64,000 bases of DNA, taken from NCBI GenBank assembly GCA_963830385.1, contig CAWHMD010000013.1, forward strand, positions 20,626 to 84,625, in the 5' to 3' direction. Shown here piece by piece: positions 37,623 through 45,222 of this stretch (its first letter is position 1; every line of letters begins with the position of its first letter). Below the pieces are notes generated by a model. That model searched no databases. It was not told the origin of the DNA and saw only the letters and a program-made list of their open reading frames with translations. This stretch comes from an uncultured Actinomycetes bacterium. Its GTDB lineage: Bacteria > Actinomycetota > Actinomycetes > Streptosporangiales > Streptosporangiaceae. The position numbers were made by a program, and so were the translations under genes.

Positions 37623-38471
37623 ATGGCAACCGACCGGCCCGCCCGTGCCGACGAGGCAACCGCCCCCGCCGACCGTGGCGTGGTTCGGCCGGACGCCCCG
37701 CCGGACGAACCGCCGGACGAACCGCGCAGCCGCGCCGAGCTCTACGCCGCCAGGCGCGGCACGGACACCCCGCCAGCCTCCAATGACACTCACACCACCG
37801 CCGACGGCGGCTGGGCCTGGAAAGGCCTCCGCCTCGATCCCCCCGCCAACCACGTCGCCGACCAGCAACTGGCCGCCCGCCGCGACGCCGAGGGCCGCCA
37901 CCCCGACGGCAGCTACGACGACCGGGGCCTGACCCCCGCCCTCCGCCGCGTCGAAGCCCAGCTCGAGCACGGCACGCTCGCCCCGGACACGGAGAAATTC
38001 GCCCTGAAATCCCCCGACCGCTTCAAAGAAAAGCTCGCCAAGATGATGGGGACAGAACCCGACCGCCCGGCCGCTGATCTGGCCGCCGACATTCACGACG
38101 GTATACGGTATACATGCATTCTTGATTTCGAGCATTACAGCTCCGAGGTTGACCAGGCACGGCGATTGCTCAGGATCGATGGCTACCAACTCATCGCCTT
38201 CAAGCCGAACTGGTCGGGCCACGAGTACAAGGGCATCAACAGCCAGTGGCGAGACCCCGCCAGTGGCGAGTATTTCGAGGTCCAGTTCCACACCCAGGAA
38301 AGCTGGGAAGCCAAGCAGCAAACCCACGACGCATACGAGAAAATCGAGTCTCCCCAGACCTCGCCGACCGATCGCACCCGTCTCCGTGAATATCAGCGAC
38401 ACATCTGCACACAGATTCCGATCCCAACCGCTGCCCTCGATTTCCATCCATTGAAAGAACGGGAAAAATAA
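37623..38471 (+). CDS. RelA/SpoT-homologue (small alarmone synthetase / toxSAS-like) nucleotidyltransferase with disordered N-terminus
   Basis: Motifs appear in canonical order. FALKSPDRFKEKLAKM (38001-38036; compare xKSxxSxxxKLxR). DIHDGIRYTC (38097-; compare DxxGxRxx). EYKGINSQW (38226-; compare YRSLH). FEVQFHTQESWEAKQQTHDAYEK (38274-38342; compare EIQIRTxxxxxWAxxxHxxxYK). Third-position G/C bias supports the plus strand over the antisense 470-aa ORF. Confidence 0.65.
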   Translation: MATDRPARADEATAPADRGVVRPDAPPDEPPDEPRSRAELYAARRGTDTPPASNDTHTTADGGWAWKGLRLDPPANHVADQQLAARRDAEGRHPDGSYDDRGLTPALRRVEAQLEHGTLAPDTEKFALKSPDRFKEKLAKMMGTEPDRPAADLAADIHDGIRYTCILDFEHYSSEVDQARRLLRIDGYQLIAFKPNWSGHEYKGINSQWRDPASGEYFEVQFHTQESWEAKQQTHDAYEKIESPQTSPTDRTRLREYQRHICTQIPIPTAALDFHPLKEREK

Positions 38472-38725
38472 GTGGCCGAGCAGATCATCTACTACGCAAT
38501 CGTCGGTACCGGCCGGACGGCGGCGGACCCTTCCGGGCTGGTTCGCCGCCGTACCACTGCTGAGGGAGCAGTGGACGAATCGTTCACGCGAGACGGCTCT
38601 TGGCAATTCACGAACGCGATCTATCAGGCGAACGCGGCGAGAATTTCGGGCCTGACCTGATTGAGATCAGCGCTGATGAGGCGGCCGCGCTGGTTGAGCG
38701 GTTCCGGCAGCGGTGGGCTGAGTAG
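38472..38725 (+). CDS. Small ORF immediately after the RSH-like gene, apparently split by a -1 frameshift near 38630-38642 (candidate antitoxin/immunity)
   Basis: GTG 38472 abuts TAA 38469-38471. Frame 0 gives MAEQIIYYAIVGTGRTAADPSGLVRRRTTAEGAVDESFTRDGSWQFTNAIYQANAA and then stops at 38658-38660. The overlapping frame continues GENFGPDLIEISADEAAALVERFRQRWAE to TAG 38723-38725, 2 nt before the ATPase ATG. Confidence 0.4.
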
Positions 38726-38727
38726 CG

Positions 38728-41556
38728 ATGGTCTCGCCCTGGCGGCGGTTGTGCGGGCTGGAGACATTCCAGATTGCGGAGGTTCCCCGGCCGGACGAGA
38801 GCGAGAACGGGGCTACCCGGGACCCGGGACGTGCACAGCGGGCGGCGGCCCTGGTGGCGGCCTATCACGCCGGGGAGGCGCTGGCGTTCGGGTGGCTGCG
38901 GGAACGGGCCGGCGACACGGTGCGGGTGCTGGCGGCGGGGGCGGCGCTGGTGGGCACGGCCGACGGGAACGAGGTGGTGCTGGCGATGCCGGGCGGGGCC
39001 CGGGGACGGGTACTGGGGCGTGGCACGGCGGCGACAACGATGGCCGGGCTGGCCTGCTGGCGGGCGATCGGCGGGATCAGCGACGGCTTAGTGGTGGCCG
39101 CGAACGGTGACCAGGCGGACCGGGAACGGGCCGCCCCCTCCCTGGAGGAGTGCCTGCTGCCGGCTTGGGGCGGGCCGTTCGGATGGCTCGCGCTGGCCGA
39201 ACCGGTGGCGCCCGCTGAACTACAGCGCCTGGCCGACGACGAGGCGCGACGTGAGCGGCTGGCTGCCCGGATGGCGGACCGCTTCCCCGAGCAGGACGTG
39301 CAGGCCCGGCGGCACCGGGACCGGCACGCCGAGTTGCGCCAGGGCCTGTCCACCGGCCTGTGGCGGGTGCATCTGCTGGCGGGCGGCGCCGATCCGGCCG
39401 CCGCGGCCCGGATCGCGGGGCTGGTGTGCGCCTCGGCCGACCTGCGAGGGCTGCCGTACTCGCTGACACCAGCAGTTACGAGGGCGAGCGGGCTGCGGGG
39501 GCTGCTCGATTCGGCGCCACCTCTGGCCCCGGCCGAGCCGGCCGAATCGGCGGATGACCTGGCCGAGCTGTACGAGGACGTGGCGCCGCGGACGCCGTTC
39601 CACGCCAGCACCACGCTGCTGGCGACGCTGGCCCGGACGCCGGACCGCGAGATCCCCGGCCTCCGGCTCACGCTCCGGCCGGACTTCGACGTGACCCCGG
39701 AGCAGGACCACCCAGCGGCCAGCATCCCGCTCGGTCAGGTGCTGGACCGGCAGCGGATGGCCGCGGGGCCGCTCCGGATCCCGCTGGACTCGCTGAACCG
39801 GCACGTTTTCGTGTGCGGGGCGACCGGCGGCGGCAAGTCGCAGACCGTGCGCGGCCTGCTCGAGGCGGCCAGCCGGGCCGGGGTGCCGTGGCTGGTGGTG
39901 GAGCCCGCCAAGGCCGAATACCGGCTGATGGCCGCCCGGCTGGCCGGGTCGGGCGCCGAGGTGGTGCGGATCCGGCCGGGCGAGGCCGACGCGGTGGCGG
40001 CCGGGCTCAACCCGCTCGAGCCCGCCACCGACGGCCACGGACGGCGGTTCCCGCTGCAGACCCACGCGGACCTGGTCCGGGCGCTGTTCCTGGCCGCCTT
40101 CCAGTCCGAGGAACCGTTCCCGCAGGTGCTCAGCGCCGCACTGTCCCGGGTGTACGAAGAGGCCGGGTGGGACCTGGCACTGGGCGAACCGCTCACGCCG
40201 GGCCTGCGCCCCGGCTATCCGGGGCTGGCCGACCTGCAGCGCACGGCCGAACAGGTGGTGCGGGGCATCGGCTACGGCCCGGAGCTGAGCGCCGACGTCC
40301 TCGGGTTCATCAAGGTGCGGCTGGCCAGCCTGCGGCTGGGCACCACCGGCCGGTTCCTGGACGGCGGGCACCCGATCGATTTTGGGCGGCTGCTGCGCCG
40401 CAACGTGGTGCTGGAGATCGAGGACGTCGGGGACGACCGCGACAAGGCCTTCCTGATGGGCACGGTGCTGTTGCGGCTGGTGGAACATTTGAGGCTGATG
40501 GGGCCAGTGAGAGCTGAGCGCGGCCTGCGTCACCTGACCGTGTTCGAGGAGGCCCACCGGCTGCTGCGGCGTCCCGAGCCAGGCGGTGGTGGTGCCGCCG
40601 CGCACGCGGTCGAGCTGTTCGCCGGGCTGCTGGCCGAGGTCCGCGCCTACGGCGAGGGGATCATCATCGCCGAGCAGATCCCCGGCCGCCTCGTCCAAGA
40701 CGTCATCAAGAACACAGCGGTGAAGATCGTGCACCGGCTGCCCGCGGCCGATGATCGCGAGGCGGTCGGCGCGACCATGAACCTCAGCCCGGCCCAGTCG
40801 CGCTTCCTGGTCACGCTGGTCCCGGGGGAGGCGGCGGTGGCGGCCGACGGGATGGACCACCCGCTGCTGGCCCGGATGCCGGACGGCACCGCCCGCGAGG
40901 CCGCCACCGCCCGCGGGGCCGTCGCCTCCGCGCCGAACGGCCCGGCACCAGCCGGGACCGCCAGCCCGGCCACGGTGTCCGCGGTCCGCAGCGTCACCTG
41001 CGGTACCGAATGCGTGGCCAGTCCGTGCACGCTGCGCGACATGCGGGCAGGCCAGCGCGCCGCCGAACGCTACCCGGCGGTCGCCCTGTGGACAGAACTG
41101 TCCGTGCTCGCGCACCTGACCGGCTGGCCGATGCCGATCCCGGGGGCCACCCTGCTCGGCCTGCTGCGCGAGTGGCCGGCCCGGCGGCGCGACTGTGCGC
41201 TGTCGCACGCGGTGGACGCCGCCGTCGCGGCCCGGACCCCGCTGATCTGCGCCCGGGTGAGCGGGCCGGCGCTGGCGGCGCACGTGGCGACGGCGGTGCG
41301 GGTACGGGTGACCCAGGGGATGTGGCTGTGCCCCGAGCGGGAGCCGCGGTGGCTGGCGCCCGGGTGGGAGGACGACGAGGGGGAGCCGGACACCGAGGCG
41401 TTGCGCCCGCTCGCGTTCGGGCTGGCCGATCCTTCGGCGGTGGAGCGGGCCGTCGGGACCAGCGTTACCGCCGCCGATTTCGGGTCACGGCTGGCCGGGT
41501 ACCTGGATCGGGAGTTCACCGACTGCCGGTGGCCGCTCCGCTATCTGAAGACGTGA
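38728..41556 (+). CDS. HerA/FtsK-superfamily P-loop ATPase (DUF87/AAA_10-like core) with unassigned N-terminal domain of about 350 aa and C-terminal domain of about 220 aa
   Basis: Walker A VFVCGATGGGKSQTV (39817-39840) followed by LVVEPAKAEY. Walker B LTVFEEAHRLL (40540-40557). VRAYGEGIIIAEQIPGRL...NTAVKIVHRLPAADD matches the HerA/VirB4 pattern. C-terminal Cys cluster CGTECVASPC. Confidence 0.75.
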   Translation: MVSPWRRLCGLETFQIAEVPRPDESENGATRDPGRAQRAAALVAAYHAGEALAFGWLRERAGDTVRVLAAGAALVGTADGNEVVLAMPGGARGRVLGRGTAATTMAGLACWRAIGGISDGLVVAANGDQADRERAAPSLEECLLPAWGGPFGWLALAEPVAPAELQRLADDEARRERLAARMADRFPEQDVQARRHRDRHAELRQGLSTGLWRVHLLAGGADPAAAARIAGLVCASADLRGLPYSLTPAVTRASGLRGLLDSAPPLAPAEPAESADDLAELYEDVAPRTPFHASTTLLATLARTPDREIPGLRLTLRPDFDVTPEQDHPAASIPLGQVLDRQRMAAGPLRIPLDSLNRHVFVCGATGGGKSQTVRGLLEAASRAGVPWLVVEPAKAEYRLMAARLAGSGAEVVRIRPGEADAVAAGLNPLEPATDGHGRRFPLQTHADLVRALFLAAFQSEEPFPQVLSAALSRVYEEAGWDLALGEPLTPGLRPGYPGLADLQRTAEQVVRGIGYGPELSADVLGFIKVRLASLRLGTTGRFLDGGHPIDFGRLLRRNVVLEIEDVGDDRDKAFLMGTVLLRLVEHLRLMGPVRAERGLRHLTVFEEAHRLLRRPEPGGGGAAAHAVELFAGLLAEVRAYGEGIIIAEQIPGRLVQDVIKNTAVKIVHRLPAADDREAVGATMNLSPAQSRFLVTLVPGEAAVAADGMDHPLLARMPDGTAREAATARGAVASAPNGPAPAGTASPATVSAVRSVTCGTECVASPCTLRDMRAGQRAAERYPAVALWTELSVLAHLTGWPMPIPGATLLGLLREWPARRRDCALSHAVDAAVAARTPLICARVSGPALAAHVATAVRVRVTQGMWLCPEREPRWLAPGWEDDEGEPDTEALRPLAFGLADPSAVERAVGTSVTAADFGSRLAGYLDREFTDCRWPLRYLKT

Positions 41557-41561
41557 GCGGC

Positions 41562-41864
41562 TCAGGCCGCGTTGGCCCGGCGCATCCGGCGACGCCGCTC
41601 AGACGAGCGCTGTTCCTCGTTCAGGCCGCCCCAGGTGCCGTACTTCTCCGGGCGGGACAGCGCGTAGTTCAGGCAGTCGATCCGCACCGGGCAGTCGGCA
41701 CAGATGGCCTTGGCCTTGCGCTCGCGGATGTCGCGCTCGGGCTGGCGCTCACCATCTGGCCCGAAGAAGATATTCAGATCCTCGTTGCGGCACGCGCCCT
41801 CGTCCTGCCAGCTCCAATTGGGCCGGGGAAGCGCAGCCGCCGAGGACCGCCGAACGTTGGACAT
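41562..41864 (-). CDS. WhiB-like (Wbl) Fe-S transcriptional regulator
   Basis: WQDEGACRNEDLNIFFGP...AKAICADCPVRIDCLNYAL...GTWGGLNEEQR has four Cys plus the GxWGG turn and a basic tail. Convergent with the ATPase gene (5-nt gap). Confidence 0.85.
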   Translation of the reverse strand: MSNVRRSSAAALPRPNWSWQDEGACRNEDLNIFFGPDGERQPERDIRERKAKAICADCPVRIDCLNYALSRPEKYGTWGGLNEEQRSSERRRRMRRANAA

Positions 41865-42011
41865 GGAAACGATCACCTCAACCGGTATTACCAAAGTTAC
41901 GTATGCGTCTAGGGCCCCGTTGGCGGGCGGAGGTCCGTTCTGGTGCGGTGCCCGCCGTACGCAAGTGCAACGCCAAGAATGCCCTGGACGTTCCCGTTCG
42001 CGTGCGGGAAA

Positions 42012-42025
42012 TTGCTTTTAAGCAA
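42012..42025. promoter_or_regulatory. TTGCTT-TT-AAGCAA palindrome in the wbl / methylase divergent intergenic region
   Basis: Read directly at 42012-42025. Function unknown. Confidence 0.25.
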
Positions 42026-42125
42026 GTAACAATGCCATCAAGCGGACGACTGTCCGCCGAATGGCGCAGCTTACTGACCGTGTCGGACCGCCACATCCTG
42101 GCTGACCGGCCGCTACGCTCTCCCC

Positions 42126-43409
42126 GTGACAGCCCGCATGATCAATACCCCGCAACGGGCGGCCACGCGACAGAACTCGCATCTTACGCACAGAGCGAAC
42201 ACGGACGCAGGCCGGCACGGCTGGCTCCGGCTGACGCCCGCGTACTCGGTCCGGCTGGTCCGCGAGCGGACCGGTCACCTGCCGCCCGGCGCGATCGTCA
42301 CCGACCCGTTCTCCGGCAGCGGGACCACGGTGCTGGCCGCCGCCGAGCACGGCGGCGTGGGCCAGGCGATCGACGTCAACCCGTTCCTGGTCTGGCTGGG
42401 CAACGCCAAGGCGGCCGCCTATCCGCCCGCGCTGCTGGACGAGGGCCAGGTCCTGGCCTCGTGGCTGGCCGAGCAGGCCGCCCACCACGCCCGCGACGCG
42501 GCCGGGCTGTGGGCCCCGAACCTGCACAACATCGACCGCTGGTGGTCACCGGGGTCGCTGGCCGGGCTGAAGGCCCTGCGCCACGCGCTGGACCAGGCGG
42601 AGCTGCCCGGCCCAGTCCACGACCTGTTCAGCATCGCGTTCTGCCGCACCGCGATCGGCGTGAGCAACGCGGCCTTCAACCACCAGAGCATGTCGTTCGC
42701 GGCCGGCCGTGACGCCGCGCTCGACGGTGAACCGTCCAGCGGCGACCACGTTTTCGCCCGGTTCAGCGCCGAAACGGCCGGGATCCTGGCCAGCGCCCGT
42801 ACCCGGCTGCCGGGGCGGGGCCGGGTGGTGCTGGGCGACGCCCGCGACCTCGGGACGGCCGGGCTGCCGGGCTGTGACCTGCTGCTCACCTCGCCGCCGT
42901 ACGTGAACCGGATGTCCTACATCCGTGAGCTGCGGCCGTACATGTACTGGCTGCGGTTCCTGGACCAGGCCTGCGACGCCGGCGAGCTGGACTGGACGGC
43001 GATCGGCGGCACCTGGGGCATCGCCACCTCGCGGCTGCACGACTGGGCGCCCGCCGATCTCCGGACGGCCGGCCCCACCGCTCCCATCGGCGACGAGCTG
43101 CGCGCGGTCACCGCGCTGATCGCCCGCGACGGCGGCAAGCACGGGCCGCTGCTGGCCACCTACGTGACCAAGTACTTCCACGACATGGCGGTCCACTTCA
43201 CCGCGGCGTTCGAGCACGTCAGGAGCGGCGGGACGGCGAGCTACATCATCGGCAACTCGACGTTCTACGGCCACGTCGTGCCGGCCGAGCGCTGGTACGC
43301 CCAGCTGCTGAGCGCGGCCGGCTTCGCCAGCGTGCAGACCACCGTCCTCCGCAAGCGCAACAGCAACCTCGCCCTGTACGAGTACGAGGTCACCGCGCTC
43401 CGTCCGTGA
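42126..43409 (+). CDS. Orphan DNA methyltransferase, amino-MTase (N6-A or N4-C), alpha-type motif order
   Basis: Motif I VTDPFSGSGTTVLAAAEHG near the N-terminus. Catalytic motif IV LLLTSPPYVNR lies about 190 aa later. No endonuclease gene recognised nearby. Confidence 0.8.
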   Translation: MTARMINTPQRAATRQNSHLTHRANTDAGRHGWLRLTPAYSVRLVRERTGHLPPGAIVTDPFSGSGTTVLAAAEHGGVGQAIDVNPFLVWLGNAKAAAYPPALLDEGQVLASWLAEQAAHHARDAAGLWAPNLHNIDRWWSPGSLAGLKALRHALDQAELPGPVHDLFSIAFCRTAIGVSNAAFNHQSMSFAAGRDAALDGEPSSGDHVFARFSAETAGILASARTRLPGRGRVVLGDARDLGTAGLPGCDLLLTSPPYVNRMSYIRELRPYMYWLRFLDQACDAGELDWTAIGGTWGIATSRLHDWAPADLRTAGPTAPIGDELRAVTALIARDGGKHGPLLATYVTKYFHDMAVHFTAAFEHVRSGGTASYIIGNSTFYGHVVPAERWYAQLLSAAGFASVQTTVLRKRNSNLALYEYEVTALRP

Positions 43410-43445
43410 GAGGGCGCCCCGGTCGCGCCCGGCCCGCGAACAGCC

Positions 43446-44198
43446 TCAGCCGCGGTCCACGGGGAGGGCGCCGAAGCTCTGGGCCACCGGCATCATCTCG
43501 ATGACGTTGATGTTCACGTGCGGGGGCAGCGTCGCGGCCCAGTGCACGGCCTCGGCCACGTCGCCCGCCTCCAGGGGATGGACGCCCTGGTAGACCTGGC
43601 TGGCCCGGTCCTGGTCACCGCCGAACCGGACCACCGAGAACTCGGTGCCGCCGGACAGGCCGGGCTCGACGCTGGTGACCCGGACGCCGGAGCCGTGCAG
43701 GTCGGCCCGCAGGTTCAGGCTGAACTGGTGCACGAACGCCTTGGTCGCGCCGTACACGTTGCCGCCCGGGTAGGGGTAGGTGCCGGCGATCGAGCCGAGG
43801 TTGATCACGTGGCCGCGGCCGCGCGCCACCATGCCGGGCAGGACGGCCCGGGTGCAGTAGGTGAGCCCCTTGCAGTTGGTGTCGACCATCTGGTCCCACT
43901 GGTCCAGGTCGGCCTCGGGGGCGCCCTCGAGCCCGAGCGCCAGACCGGCGTTGTTGACCAGCACGTCGATGTCGGCGAAGCGGGCTGGCAGCCCGGCCAC
44001 GGCCGCCGCCACCGCCGCCCGGTCCTGCACGTCGAAGGCCAGCGGCAGCACCTGGTCGCCGAATTCCTTGGCCAGCTCGTCGAGCCGGCCGGCCCGCCGG
44101 GCGGACGCCACCACCCGGTCCCCGTCGGTGGCGAAACGCCGCGCGATGGCGGCCCCGAACCCGGCGCTGGCCCCGGTCACAAACACGGTTCTGTCCAC
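43446..44198 (-). CDS. Short-chain dehydrogenase/reductase (YdfG-like NADP-dependent)
   Basis: VFVTGASAGFGAAIA, NNAG, and YGATKAFVHQF (YxxxK). Confidence 0.85.
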   Translation of the reverse strand: MDRTVFVTGASAGFGAAIARRFATDGDRVVASARRAGRLDELAKEFGDQVLPLAFDVQDRAAVAAAVAGLPARFADIDVLVNNAGLALGLEGAPEADLDQWDQMVDTNCKGLTYCTRAVLPGMVARGRGHVINLGSIAGTYPYPGGNVYGATKAFVHQFSLNLRADLHGSGVRVTSVEPGLSGGTEFSVVRFGGDQDRASQVYQGVHPLEAGDVAEAVHWAATLPPHVNINVIEMMPVAQSFGALPVDRG

Positions 44199-44227
44199 CC
44201 CGCGATGCTATGGGGTGGCCGGGCCGC

Positions 44228-45106
44228 TCACTTCAGCAGCCGGGAAAGCCGCCGGTCGGCCAGCGGCTTGCCGCCGGTCTGGCAGGTCGCGCAGTACTGC
44301 AGGGACGAGTCCGCGAACGACACCTCACGGATGATGTCACCGCACACCGGACAGGCCTGGCCGGTCTTGCCGTGCACCCGCAGGCCGGTCTTCTTCTCGG
44401 CCTTGAGGTCGCCCGCGGCCAGCCCGGACGCCCGTTTGGAGGCGTCCCGCAAGGTGGCCTGGATCGCCTCGTAGAGCTCGGTGACCTGGTCCGGGGTCAG
44501 TGAGGCGGCCATCTTGAACGGGGACATCTTCGCCGCGTGCAGCACCTCGTCGGAGTAGGCGTTGCCGATCCCGGCGATGATGTGCTGGTCGCGGAGCACC
44601 CCCTTGATCTGCGTCCTCCGCCCGGCCAGCAGCTCGCCCAGGGTGGCCGCGGTGAACGCGGGGTCCAGCGGGTCCGGGCCGAGCGAGGCCACCCCGGGCA
44701 CGTCCATCGGGTCCCGGACCAGGTAGACGGCCAGCCGCTTCTGTGTCCCGGCCTCGGTCAGGTCGAATCCGGAATCGTCGTCGAGGATGACCCGGAAGGC
44801 CAGCGGCGCCTTGCCCGGCTTGGGCGGCGCGGCCGGGATCTCCTCCCGCCAGCGCAGCCAGCCGGCCCGGGCCAGGTGAACGATCAGGTGCACCGGGTCG
44901 CCACCGCCGGCCGGGGCCAGCGACAGGTCGAGGAACTTGCCGTGCCGGGTCACATCCCCCACGACCAGGCCGGTCAGGCTGTCGGGGGACGGGTCGTAGG
45001 TCTTCAGCACGGAGATGGCCGCCACGTAGGCGTGGGTCACCGTGTGACCGCTGGCCCGCTCCCGCAGGAACGAGGCCAGCGCCTCGACTTCAGGCAGCTC
45101 AGGCAT
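44228..45106 (-). CDS. Fpg/Nei family DNA glycosylase / AP lyase
   Basis: Starts MPELPEVE (catalytic Pro2). C-terminal zinc finger CPVCGDIIREVSFADSSLQYCATCQ. The track N-terminal extension is rejected. Confidence 0.85.
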   Translation of the reverse strand: MPELPEVEALASFLRERASGHTVTHAYVAAISVLKTYDPSPDSLTGLVVGDVTRHGKFLDLSLAPAGGGDPVHLIVHLARAGWLRWREEIPAAPPKPGKAPLAFRVILDDDSGFDLTEAGTQKRLAVYLVRDPMDVPGVASLGPDPLDPAFTAATLGELLAGRRTQIKGVLRDQHIIAGIGNAYSDEVLHAAKMSPFKMAASLTPDQVTELYEAIQATLRDASKRASGLAAGDLKAEKKTGLRVHGKTGQACPVCGDIIREVSFADSSLQYCATCQTGGKPLADRRLSRLLK

Positions 45107-45121
45107 ACTCTGAGTGTAAGC

Positions 45122-45215
45122 ACGCGGGAGCTCGGGCCAACCGGGCTGAGAGGGTGGCTGATCCACGGCGCCGCCGACCGTCCGAACCTGACCGGGTAAT
45201 GCCGGCGTAGGGAGG
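45122..45215 (+). promoter_or_regulatory. TPP (THI-box) riboswitch
   Basis: GGGAGCUCGGG..CUGAGAGGG...CCGAACCUGACCGGGUAAUGCCGGCGUAGGGAGG matches the conserved CUGAGA and ACCUGAUCYGGGUAAURCCRGCGUAGGGA cores. Located directly upstream of the permease GTG 45223. Confidence 0.75.
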
Positions 45216-45222
45216 CGTCTTC

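Noticed and set aside
37194-38606. 470-aa minus-strand ORF covering the RSH-like gene region
   Set aside because: It is antisense to an ORF with recognisable enzyme motifs and a clear third-position G/C bias on the plus strand. Its own translation has no motifs and an implausible composition.
34384-43409. Interpretation as an actinomycete integrative conjugative element (a GntR KorSA-like regulator plus a large FtsK/HerA ATPase as TraB)
   Set aside because: I could recognise no integrase, excisionase, replication initiator, Spd proteins or att repeat. The ATPase motifs (EPAKAEY, FEEAH, AEQIP) look HerA/VirB4-like rather than TraB/FtsK-like. A prophage or mobile remnant cannot be excluded.
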